Source: Candidatus Limnocylindria bacterium
GTDB taxonomy: Bacteria > Chloroflexota > Limnocylindria > Limnocylindrales > CSP1-4
Direction: 5' to 3'
DNA: 38,157 bases
Assembly: GCA_041483455.1 (NCBI GenBank)
Contig: JBGPFS010000003.1
Coordinates: 1-38,157 of the forward strand
Shown: positions 17,266 to 25,535 of the stretch, in pieces
Layout of the letters: every line of letters begins with the position of its first letter
Numbering within the stretch: position 1 is the first letter of the stretch
Translations under genes and position numbers: made by a program
The notes under the pieces: model-generated
Told to the model about the DNA's origin: nothing
Seen by the model: the letters and a program-made list of their open reading frames with translations, nothing else
The model's database searches: none

Positions 17266-17751
17266 ATGACGGCGATCGCCCCGTACCAGAGCTGGATCGA
17301 GACGCCGGCCACCGTCGCGCGGGCCTGGCTGGCCGTGACCGACCCGGCGCAGATCGCCGCCTGGTTCACCGACGCGAGCCAGCTCGGGGCCGTGGGCGAT
17401 CCGTACCGGCTCGATTTCGGCGACGGCAGCCTGGTCGAGGGCGTCGTCAGGGAGCTCGACCCCGGCCGCTCGTTCGCCTACACGTGGGCCTGGTCGAGCG
17501 CCGAGGGCAGAGCCGATGCCGGGGCCGGGGCCGGCGGCCGACCGGGCGGCACTGGCGGCCGACCGGGCGCCACCCTGGTCCGTTGGATCGTCGAGCCGCT
17601 GCCCTGGGGGGGCAGCCGGATCACGCTCGTCCACGAGGCGTGGGACGAGGCCGGCCTCGACGCCGGGGCCCGCGACGAGCACGCCGCCTACTGGGACGAC
17701 TACCTCAAGGCGCTCGCGGAATACCTGGCCGACTCGCCGCCCGCAGGGTGA
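17266..17751 (+). CDS. SRPBCC (AHSA1/START-like) domain protein
   Basis: ARAWLAVTDPAQIAAWF...ELDPGRSFAYTW...SRITLVHE...YWDDYLKALAEYL; GGAGG RBS. Confidence 0.88.
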   Translation: MTAIAPYQSWIETPATVARAWLAVTDPAQIAAWFTDASQLGAVGDPYRLDFGDGSLVEGVVRELDPGRSFAYTWAWSSAEGRADAGAGAGGRPGGTGGRPGATLVRWIVEPLPWGGSRITLVHEAWDEAGLDAGARDEHAAYWDDYLKALAEYLADSPPAG

Positions 17752-17773
17752 GCCCCCGGCGGCCGGCGTTGCG

Positions 17774-19111
17774 ATGGCGGGGTTGAGCCACCTCCGGGCC
17801 TACGTCCGCACGTTCACCGGCTTCGAGCGCGATGCCCGGGTCTTCCTCCTCGCCTACCTGGTCGCCGGGGCGGCGATCGGCCTCTACTGGATCGACTTCA
17901 ACCTCTACCTCGCGGCCCTCGGGATCGAGCCCGCCACGATCGGGCTGATCGCCACCGCGAACTCGGCCGCGGCGGCCCTGATCGCGCTGCCGGCCAGCCT
18001 CCTGTCCGACCGGATCGGGCGGCGCCTGGTGCTCGCCGGCGGCCTGGCCGTGATGGGCGTCTCCGTCGCCGGGTTCCTGCTCGTCCACGGCCCGCTCGCG
18101 CTGGGGTTCCTCGCCGGCGCCTACGGGGCGGGACAGCAGGTCTTCTTCGTCGTCCAGAACCCGTTCCTCACCGAGCGGAGCCGGCCGGAGCACCGGAGCG
18201 AGCTGTTCGCGCTCGCCTTCGCGATCCAGAGCGCGACGAGCATCGTCGCCGCGCTGGTCGGCGGCCTCGTCGCCGCCTGGGTCGCCCGGGCCGGGGGCTT
18301 CGATCCGCAGGGGCCCGAAGCCTACCGGGTCCTGCTCGTCCTGATGGTCGTCCTGCTGGGGGCGGGCTGCGCCACGATCCTGGTCATCTCCGACGATCGG
18401 CCGCGCCGGCGACGCGCGACGCTGACGCCGGCCGGTGCGGGCGAGCCGGCCGCCTTTCCCGCGTCCGCGTACCGCGGCCGGGGCGGCCGGCTCCGGGGAC
18501 TCCACCTGGGCGACCGGGCGACGTTCGTCAAGCTGGTCCTGCCCGGCTTCCTGATCGCGCTCGGCGCGGGCCAGGTGATCCCGTTCCTCAACCTCTTCGT
18601 CCAGCGAAAGTTCGGGCTGGAGCTGGCCGCGCTGAACGCCGTCTTCGCGCTGACGAGCCTGGGCACGGTCCTCGCGATCCTGCTCCAGCCGGCCCTCGCC
18701 CGGCGGCTCGGGAAGATCCCGTCGGTGGTCCTCGTCCAGGGGGTGAGCATCCCGTTCCTGGTCGTGCTCGGCTTCTCGCCGGTCCTGTGGACCGTGATCC
18801 TCGCGATGGCCGTCCGGAACTCGCTGATGAACGCCGGCAACCCGATCTTCAACGCCTTCGCGATGGAGCGGGTCGCCCCGGGCGACCGGGCGACCCTGTC
18901 GGCGACGATGAGCATCCTCTGGTCGCTCGGCTGGGTCGTCGCGGGGCCGTGGTACAGCCTGCTCCAGGCGACCCTCGGTTTCGACGGCGGCTACGCGGTG
19001 AACTTCGCCACGATCATCGTCCTCTACTCGGTCGCCACCGGCCTCTACTGGATCTGGTTCGGGCGGCCCGAGCGGGCCTCGCGGGCGGCGGCCGCGGCCG
19101 GCGCGGGCTAG
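17774..19111 (+). CDS. MFS transporter
   Basis: About 12 TM segments; motif A SLLSDRIGRR and its repeat ALARRLGKI. Confidence 0.92.
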   Translation: MAGLSHLRAYVRTFTGFERDARVFLLAYLVAGAAIGLYWIDFNLYLAALGIEPATIGLIATANSAAAALIALPASLLSDRIGRRLVLAGGLAVMGVSVAGFLLVHGPLALGFLAGAYGAGQQVFFVVQNPFLTERSRPEHRSELFALAFAIQSATSIVAALVGGLVAAWVARAGGFDPQGPEAYRVLLVLMVVLLGAGCATILVISDDRPRRRRATLTPAGAGEPAAFPASAYRGRGGRLRGLHLGDRATFVKLVLPGFLIALGAGQVIPFLNLFVQRKFGLELAALNAVFALTSLGTVLAILLQPALARRLGKIPSVVLVQGVSIPFLVVLGFSPVLWTVILAMAVRNSLMNAGNPIFNAFAMERVAPGDRATLSATMSILWSLGWVVAGPWYSLLQATLGFDGGYAVNFATIIVLYSVATGLYWIWFGRPERASRAAAAAGAG

Positions 19112-19121
19112 ACTCTGCCCG

Positions 19122-20012
19122 ATGACCGCCGAGACGTCCCCCGCCCCCGGTCCGGTCCCCGACGCGGTCCGCGACAAGTCGGGGATCCCGCGCAACCCGG
19201 GCCGGCGCGACCTCGGGATGAAGGCGACCCTGCTCTTCCCCGACCGCGAGATCGTCGAGCGCTTCTACGTCCCGCTCGTCTACACCGCCTGTCGGACCTG
19301 CTACTCCGAGCTCGAGCCCGACGAGATCTTCCGGCGCGCGGTCGCTGGCGAGATCGACCCGGCCAAGCAGCGCAAGCTCATCTCGGGGGTCATCGAGTCG
19401 GGCCACGGGAGCACGATCGAGCACATCGTCTTCACCTTCGGGATCAGCGGCGTGAGCCGGACGCTCTCGCACCAGCTGGTCCGCCACCGGGCCGGCGTGG
19501 CCTTCGATCAGCAGAGCCAGCGCTACGTCAAGTTCCGCGGCGCCTCGACGATGCTGCCGAGCACCATCGCCGACGCGGACGACGCGCTGCGCGAACGGTA
19601 CGAGGAGCAGGTGGCCGGCTCGCTCGGGCTGTACGGCGACCTGGTGGCCGCGGGGATCCCCGGCGAGGACGCCCGGTTCGTCTTCCCCAACGCCACCCGC
19701 ACGAACCTGGTGATGACCACGAACCTGCGGGCCCTCATCCACATGAGCGGGCTGCGCCTGTGCACCATGGCGCAGTGGGAGATCCGCCGGCTCTTCCAGC
19801 TCATCCGGCACGAGATCTTCGGGGTCTCGCCGTTCCTGGGCAGCTTCCTCGCCCCGAAGTGCGTCGCCCTCGGCTACTGCGACGAGATGGGCAACCGCGA
19901 CGAGCACTGCCCGATCCGGCCGCACAAGGACAACGTCCTCGGGGCGTGGGCGGAGAAGTCGAAGGCCGCGAAGGTGGCCGGGCGCGAGCTGCCCGTCCGG
20001 ACCGAACCCTAG
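19122..20012 (+). CDS. thyX: FAD-dependent thymidylate synthase
   Basis: GHGSTIEH, SRTLSHQLVRHRAGVAFDQQSQRY (RHR-X8-S), EDARFVFP, AQWEIR. Confidence 0.95.
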   Translation: MTAETSPAPGPVPDAVRDKSGIPRNPGRRDLGMKATLLFPDREIVERFYVPLVYTACRTCYSELEPDEIFRRAVAGEIDPAKQRKLISGVIESGHGSTIEHIVFTFGISGVSRTLSHQLVRHRAGVAFDQQSQRYVKFRGASTMLPSTIADADDALRERYEEQVAGSLGLYGDLVAAGIPGEDARFVFPNATRTNLVMTTNLRALIHMSGLRLCTMAQWEIRRLFQLIRHEIFGVSPFLGSFLAPKCVALGYCDEMGNRDEHCPIRPHKDNVLGAWAEKSKAAKVAGRELPVRTEP

Positions 20013-20872
20013 ACGGGTCCGAGCTCCCGGACGAAGCGCCGGATCAGCCTGGCGAAGCGCGGCCCGGCCTCGGCACCGGCCGCCAGGACCTCTTCGTGGC
20101 TGAGCGGCGCCCCGGTCAGGCCGGCGCCCGCATTCGTGACGAGCGAGACGCCGGCCACCTCGATCCCCGCCCAGCGGCAGGCGATCGCCTCGAGCACGGT
20201 CGACATCCCGACGGCGTTCGCGCCGAGGATCCCGAGCATCCGGACCTCGGCCGGGGTCTCGTAGGTGGGGCCGAGGAGCCCGGCGTAGACACCTTCCTCG
20301 AGTGCCACCCCTTCGGCCCGGCCCGCGGCGTGAAGGCGAGCCCGGAGGGCCGGCGCGTACAGGTCGGTCAGGTCCGTGAACCGCGGGCCGATCGCGTCGG
20401 CGTTGGGCCCGAGCAGCGGCGTCCGCCCGGTCAGGTTGAGGTGGTCGGCGATGACCATGAGCGTGCCCGGGCCGTAGCCCGGATCGACGCCGCCGGCCGC
20501 GTTCGTCAGGACCACGGTCCGCGCCCCGAGCCGTCCCATGAGCAGGACCGGCTGGACGACGAGGCCCGGGTCGTTGCCCTCGTAGACGTGGAGGCGGCCC
20601 TGGAGCATGACGACCGGGACGTCGTCCAGCCGCCCGAGGAGGAGGCGCCCCACGTGACCCGGGGCGGTCGCGGCCGGCCAGCCGGGCAGCTCGGCGAACG
20701 GGATCGAGACGGCATCGACCAGGTCGTCGGCGAGGGCGCCCAGCCCCGACCCCAGGACGATCCCGAGCCGCGGGACGAGGTCGGTCCGGGCCCGGACGGC
20801 GGCCTCGAGGGCGGCGAGGCGGGCGGGCTGTTCGGCCGGGTGGATCGGGCGGGCGGGGTCGAGCTCGGTCAT
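20009..20872 (-). CDS. punA: Purine nucleoside phosphorylase (trimeric PNP-I type)
   Basis: IVLGSGLG, PGHVG, QGRLHVYEG, TNAAGG, GPTYETPAE, VGMSTV, LSHEEV. Confidence 0.93.
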   Translation of the reverse strand: MTELDPARPIHPAEQPARLAALEAAVRARTDLVPRLGIVLGSGLGALADDLVDAVSIPFAELPGWPAATAPGHVGRLLLGRLDDVPVVMLQGRLHVYEGNDPGLVVQPVLLMGRLGARTVVLTNAAGGVDPGYGPGTLMVIADHLNLTGRTPLLGPNADAIGPRFTDLTDLYAPALRARLHAAGRAEGVALEEGVYAGLLGPTYETPAEVRMLGILGANAVGMSTVLEAIACRWAGIEVAGVSLVTNAGAGLTGAPLSHEEVLAAGAEAGPRFARLIRRFVRELGPV

Positions 20873-20982
20873 GGCCGGGAGTCTACGCGTCGCCGGCTCG
20901 GGCCGATCCGGCCCCGACGATCCAAGCGGGCGCCCGGCGGGCGGGCTGCGTGGGCCGCCGAGCGCCCGGCCCCGGACGCTTC

Positions 20983-21159
20983 GATCGCCCGGAGCGAGTA
21001 CCGACACCGGGATGCCGATCGCGTCGCTACCGGGCGATCCCCGCCGACGCGGGCCCGAGGGCCGCGAAGCGGGTCGAGAAGCGCCTGAAGTGACCGGTCG
21101 AGAGACCGGAGGTCCTTGATGCGATCGCGGTCCTGTCGGCTCCCCTGGCCCCTTCGGGT
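20983..21159 (-). ncRNA. Putative structured non-coding RNA of unknown family
   Basis: Lies downstream of a TTGACC-N17-TACCGT promoter; no credible ORF; several stems including a 57-nt terminal hairpin (20983-21039). Confidence 0.45.
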
Positions 21160-21166
21160 GAGTCGT

Positions 21167-21195
21167 ACGGTAGGGACGGTCGGAAGGCCGGTCAA
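21167..21195 (-). promoter_or_regulatory. sigma70-type promoter TTGACC-N17-TACCGT
   Basis: -35 at 21195-21190, -10 at 21172-21167, spacer exactly 17 nt. Confidence 0.65.
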
Positions 21196-21200
21196 CGCGC

Positions 21201-21276
21201 TTATCCACCGGCCGGGCCGACCCCGAACGGGACCTGTCCACCAGAATCGGCAGCGTTGTGGACGGACTGTGGATAA
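21201..21276. promoter_or_regulatory. Cluster of four DnaA-box-like 9-mers
   Basis: TTATCCACC 21201(+), CTGTCCACC 21234(+), CCGTCCACA 21265-21257(-), perfect TTATCCACA 21276-21268(-). Confidence 0.7.
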
Positions 21277-21295
21277 CCGGCCGGACGACGGGGCG

Positions 21296-22321
21296 TCAGC
21301 CGCCCATCGCGAACATCTCGACCCGCGGCAGGCGGGCGGTCGCCTCGGAGCGGAGCTCGGAGTAGCGGTCCGCCCGGATCCGCCAGGTGGACCGGATGAC
21401 CTCCCGCAGATCGTCGTCCGAGGCCTCGCTTCGCAGGGCCGTCCGAAGGTCCGTCCCCTCGCCGGCGAACAGGCAGGTGTAGAGGCGACCCTCCGCGCTC
21501 AACCGGGCCCGGGTGCACGAGCCGCAGAACGGCCGCGTCACGCTCGCGATCAGGCCCACCTCCCCGGAGCCGTCGCGGTAGCGCCAGCGGTCGGCGACCT
21601 CGCCGGGATAGTTGGGCGGCACCGCCTCGAGACCGAGCTCCGCATCGATCGCGGCGACGAGCTCGGCGGCGGGCACCACCTCGTCGAGCCGCCAGCCGTT
21701 CGAGTGGCCGACGTCCATGAACTCGATGAAGCGGAGGATATGGCCCTCGGTCCGTGCCCAGCGGGCCATCGGGAGCACGGATGATTCGTTCAGGCCGCGC
21801 CGGACCACCATGTTCACCTTGAGCGGCCCGAAGCCTGCCTCGCAGGCGGCGGCGATGCCGTCCAGGACCCGCGCGACCGGGAAGTCGACCCCGTTCATCG
21901 CCCGGAACGTCGCGTCGTCGAGCGAGTCCAGGCTCACGGTCAGCCGGGTCAGCCCGGCCTCCCGGAGCTCACCGGCGAGGGCCCGCAGCGCCGAGCCGTT
22001 CGTGGTCAGGGTCAGGTCGGGCCGTCCGCCGTCGGGGAGCCGAAGCTCGGCCAGCTGGCGGACGAGCTCGGGCAGGTCGTGGCGGACGAGCGGTTCGCCC
22101 CCGGTGATCCGCAGCTTCTCGACCCCTTCTCCGACGAAGACCCCGGCGAGCCGCCGGATCTCCTCGAAGGTCAGCACCTCGGAGCGGGGCAGGAAGGCGA
22201 AGTCCCGACCGTAGATCTCGCGCGGCATGCAGTACGTGCAGCGGAAGTTGCAGCGGTCGGTGACCGAGATCCGGAGATCGCGCATCGACCGGCCGAGCCG
22301 GTCGGAGACGGGGAGCGCCAT
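21296..22321 (-). CDS. moaA: GTP 3',8-cyclase (molybdenum cofactor biosynthesis)
   Basis: LRISVTDRCNFRCTYCMP, TGGEP, FCGSCTRARL...C, C-terminal GG. Confidence 0.97.
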   Translation of the reverse strand: MALPVSDRLGRSMRDLRISVTDRCNFRCTYCMPREIYGRDFAFLPRSEVLTFEEIRRLAGVFVGEGVEKLRITGGEPLVRHDLPELVRQLAELRLPDGGRPDLTLTTNGSALRALAGELREAGLTRLTVSLDSLDDATFRAMNGVDFPVARVLDGIAAACEAGFGPLKVNMVVRRGLNESSVLPMARWARTEGHILRFIEFMDVGHSNGWRLDEVVPAAELVAAIDAELGLEAVPPNYPGEVADRWRYRDGSGEVGLIASVTRPFCGSCTRARLSAEGRLYTCLFAGEGTDLRTALRSEASDDDLREVIRSTWRIRADRYSELRSEATARLPRVEMFAMGG

Positions 22322-22551
22322 GCACGGGATGGTACTGCGTCATCGCCCGACCCCGGATGGAGGTCGATGCGTCCGCGCACCGAACCGGCGGTGCGGGCCG
22401 GCACCGCCGTGCGTGGCGCGCGGTCCGGCGGTACCACCGGGTCCGCCGTGCGGTACTACCGGCGTACTCCGCTCCGCACCATCCCGCACCTACGATGCGG
22501 ACACGGCCGGATGAAGACCCGGACGACGGCAGGGAGGCAAACGTAGGACCG

Positions 22552-24225
22552 ATGGCCACGACTGAAACGCGGACCGGATTCCGGCTCCCGTGGAGCTCGG
22601 CCGATCGCGGCGACACCGCGGCCGATCCCGGCACGCCCGGCACCGACGAACCGACCGATCCGGCAGGGGCCAGCGAGTCGCAGCCGGAGGGCACCGAGAC
22701 GCAGCCGATGGCGATCGAACCGGTGACCGCGGCCGAAGCCGACGGAGCGGCGCCCGGGGGCGCCTCCGAAGACGTCGCGGCCCACGAGCCTTCGCCCGAA
22801 CCGACCACCGCAACCTCGTCATACGAAGAGGGATCCCCCGTGGAGTCCGCCGTCACCGTGGCCGCCCCGACTCGGCCCACCGCCGTTTCCCCCCCGGTCA
22901 GCCCGAAGAAGCCGTCCCAGTTCATGGCCGACCTCTCGCGGGCGATGCAGGCCGCGGCCTCGAGCGCCCGGGCCGCCAGCCTGACCCAGTTCCAGGTCGA
23001 CGCCAAGACCCATGTCGAGGGGATCCACTCCCGGTCCACGACCGAGGCGACCGACCTCCGCACCGGGGCCGACGAGGATATCGCCAGCTACCGCGACTGG
23101 CAGAAGGCACAGATCGCCCGGATCCGCGAAGAGACCGAGACGAGGATCGGCGACCGGAAGGCCGGGCTCGAGCGGGAGCTGGAAGCCCACGCTGCCCGGA
23201 TCGAGCGGGAGATCGAGCGGGTCCAGTCCTGCGTCGCCGAATACGAGACCGAGATGGACCGGTTCTTCCAGAGCCTCCTGGCCGAGGACGACCCGACCCG
23301 GATCGCCGAGCTCGCCGAGCGCCTGCCCGAGCCGCCGTCGTTCGAGGCCCTGGTGGGCGGACCGGCGACCGAGCCGGCCTGGTCGCAGCCGACCGCGGCG
23401 ACCGTCGTCGTCGACGAAGCGCCCGCCGTCGAAGCGCCCGCCGTCGAGGCCCCCGCCGTCGAAGCGCCCGCCGTCGAAGCGCCCGCCGTCGAAGCGGTGG
23501 CGCCGACGATCGACGAAGTGTCGGACGACGCGGGCCCTGGCGAAGCCGTATCCCCCGCATCCGAGAACGAATCGATCGAGGCGGCGATGGCCGCCATCGA
23601 GGCCGCCTACCACGCGGCCGATGCCGAGGAGCTGGCGACGCCCGACCCTGAGGACGCCGCCGGAACGTCGGTCGAGGCCGTCGCCGAGTCGACGAGCGAT
23701 CCGGTCGAGGCGACCGCGGAGCCGACCACGAGCGAGACCGCGGAGCCGGCCCCGAGCGAGACCGAGGACGAGCCGGTCGCCGATCTCCGGCTCGCCGCCC
23801 TCGGGCTGACCCACGATCTCAGCCATGCCGAGGCCGAGGCCGTCGCCGAGGCCGTCTGGCACGACGACGACGGGATCACCACGATCGCCGACGACGCGCT
23901 CGCCGCGCGGCTGGCCGGACTGGTGCCTCACGTCGAGGACGCCGAGGCCGACGGACCCACCGAACGAAGCCAGGTCGTCGTCACCGGCCTGGTCAGCGTC
24001 GCCAGCATCGCCGGCTTTAAGCGACAGCTCGGACGGCTGAACGGCGTTCGGTCGGTCGGCGTCTCGAGCGGCCCGGACGGCGAGTTCGTCTTCAACGTCG
24101 AGCACGGCAGCGGGGTCGACCTCGGGTCGGCCGTGCCCACGCTGTCGGGCTTCCAGGCCCGGGTGACCGGGAGCGGCGATGGGATCCTCAGCGTGAGCGC
24201 CCGCGACCCCGAATCCGAGAGCTGA
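22552..24225 (+). CDS. Acidic, largely disordered protein with central coiled coil and small C-terminal globular domain
   Basis: AGGA RBS before ATG 22552; E/A/P-rich linkers, heptad-like IARIREETE...LERELEAH...IEREIERV segment; 7 bp from the downstream ATPase gene. Confidence 0.85.
   Translation: MATTETRTGFRLPWSSADRGDTAADPGTPGTDEPTDPAGASESQPEGTETQPMAIEPVTAAEADGAAPGGASEDVAAHEPSPEPTTATSSYEEGSPVESAVTVAAPTRPTAVSPPVSPKKPSQFMADLSRAMQAAASSARAASLTQFQVDAKTHVEGIHSRSTTEATDLRTGADEDIASYRDWQKAQIARIREETETRIGDRKAGLERELEAHAARIEREIERVQSCVAEYETEMDRFFQSLLAEDDPTRIAELAERLPEPPSFEALVGGPATEPAWSQPTAATVVVDEAPAVEAPAVEAPAVEAPAVEAPAVEAVAPTIDEVSDDAGPGEAVSPASENESIEAAMAAIEAAYHAADAEELATPDPEDAAGTSVEAVAESTSDPVEATAEPTTSETAEPAPSETEDEPVADLRLAALGLTHDLSHAEAEAVAEAVWHDDDGITTIADDALAARLAGLVPHVEDAEADGPTERSQVVVTGLVSVASIAGFKRQLGRLNGVRSVGVSSGPDGEFVFNVEHGSGVDLGSAVPTLSGFQARVTGSGDGILSVSARDPESES
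23416..23496 (+). repeat. In-frame 15-bp tandem repeat encoding (EAPAV)x5
   Basis: GAAGCGCCCGCCGTC at 23416, 23431, 23446 (variant), 23461, 23476, plus a partial copy. Confidence 0.95.
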
Positions 24226-24232
24226 TCGCCCG

Positions 24233-25489
24233 ATGACCCGCCAGACCGTCATCGTCGCGCTGCCGCCCGACGAGTCGGCGCCGGTCCGCCACGAGCTGGC
24301 CGAGGCCGGCTTCGAGGCGATCGCGGTCACCTCGTCCGAGCAGCTCGACGCCGTCCTCGCCAGCCGCCGCGAGGTCGGCGTGGCGATCCTCGACGGCGAG
24401 CGCGACTTCGACACCTCGCTCGAGCTGTACAGCCTCCTTCACGAGGACGGCCGGTCGATCCCGGCCTTGATGATCGTGTCGGCGAGGGCCCTCGAGCGCC
24501 TCGAGTCGAACGCCACCGGCACCTCGATCGAGGACGAGTACTTCACCCGCCCGTACTCCGCGGACGCACTCCGCTGGCGCGTCGAAGCGATGCTCATCCG
24601 GTCCCAGACGGTCGACGACGGGAGCGGTCCCGTTCTCGCGGCCGACGGCCCGCTCGATCCGGCCGCCTTCACGCGCAAGGCGCCCATCATCGCGATCTTC
24701 AATCCGAAGGGCGGCGTCGGCAAGACGACCATCGCCCTGAACCTCGCGGCCACGCTCCAGGTCCGGCGCGGACAGCGCGTCCTGCTGGTCGACGCGGATA
24801 CCGTGACCGGGCATGTGGCGACGTCGCTCGGCCTCGAGGGCGTCCTGACCGTTTCCGACGCATGGGGCGAAGACGCGGCCGAGAACGTCCCGCTGCGGTC
24901 CCTCACCGAGTTCGCGACCAGCCACCAGAACGGCCTGACCGTGACCACCCTGACCTCGAGCCCGCTCCATACCGAGCACCTCGACCCGAAGCAGGTGATC
25001 GACGCGATCGAGGCGGTCCGGCGGGCCTTCGACTTCATCGTGGTGGACATGCATCCGTCGTACAGCCCGCTGAACCAGGCGATCTTCACTCGAGCCGACC
25101 GGATCCTCGTCCCGATCACGCCCGACGTGCCGGCCCTGCGGGCAGGCCTCCAGCTGCGCGACATCGCGATGGAGCTTGGCCTTCGCGAGAAGCTCTCGAT
25201 GATCGTCAACCGGGCGAACAGCGGGGTCTCGGTCGCCGACATGGAGCGGACGGTCGGGCTGTCCGCGATGGCCCTCATCCGGTCGGGTGGACTGCTCTTC
25301 GTCCACGCCGCGAATGCGGGACGGACCGTGGTCGAGCAGTACCCGCACGAGCGCGTGACCGCCGACTTCGACGGGCTCGCTGAGGCGCTGATCGGCCGGC
25401 GGGCGGCGAATGCACCAGCCGCCGCGCCAGCCGCGAAGAGCGTCTTCGGGAACCTCTTCCGGCGGGCCAAGCAGCCGGTCCGCGTCTGA
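24233..25489 (+). CDS. Receiver-like domain + MinD/ParA (CpaE/TadZ-like) ATPase
   Basis: Deviant Walker A PKGGVGKTT, LLVDAD, IVVDM, IVNRA; N-terminal receiver-like fold (VAILDG); amphipathic tail KSVFGNLFRRAK. Confidence 0.88.
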   Translation: MTRQTVIVALPPDESAPVRHELAEAGFEAIAVTSSEQLDAVLASRREVGVAILDGERDFDTSLELYSLLHEDGRSIPALMIVSARALERLESNATGTSIEDEYFTRPYSADALRWRVEAMLIRSQTVDDGSGPVLAADGPLDPAAFTRKAPIIAIFNPKGGVGKTTIALNLAATLQVRRGQRVLLVDADTVTGHVATSLGLEGVLTVSDAWGEDAAENVPLRSLTEFATSHQNGLTVTTLTSSPLHTEHLDPKQVIDAIEAVRRAFDFIVVDMHPSYSPLNQAIFTRADRILVPITPDVPALRAGLQLRDIAMELGLREKLSMIVNRANSGVSVADMERTVGLSAMALIRSGGLLFVHAANAGRTVVEQYPHERVTADFDGLAEALIGRRAANAPAAAPAAKSVFGNLFRRAKQPVRV

Positions 25490-25535
25490 CCGCCAGCCGA
25501 CGCGGCGGGCCTGAACGCCGGGTTCCGCGCCGGTC

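Noticed and set aside
20869-21241. ORFs crossing the punA-moaA gap (108-aa ORF and the N-terminal extension of punA)
   Set aside because: The 108-aa ORF starts at the TTG of the -35 box without an RBS, the translations are R/P/G-rich noise, and PNP homology begins at Met 20872.
21201-21276. Chromosomal origin oriC
   Set aside because: Only four boxes, no evident AT-rich unwinding element, and no dnaA, dnaN or rpmH nearby; kept as a regulatory DnaA-box cluster.
22322-22551. Moco riboswitch upstream of moaA
   Set aside because: moaA appears leaderless (TACCAT-N7-ATG), leaving no room for a leader, and no recognisable Moco motif was seen.
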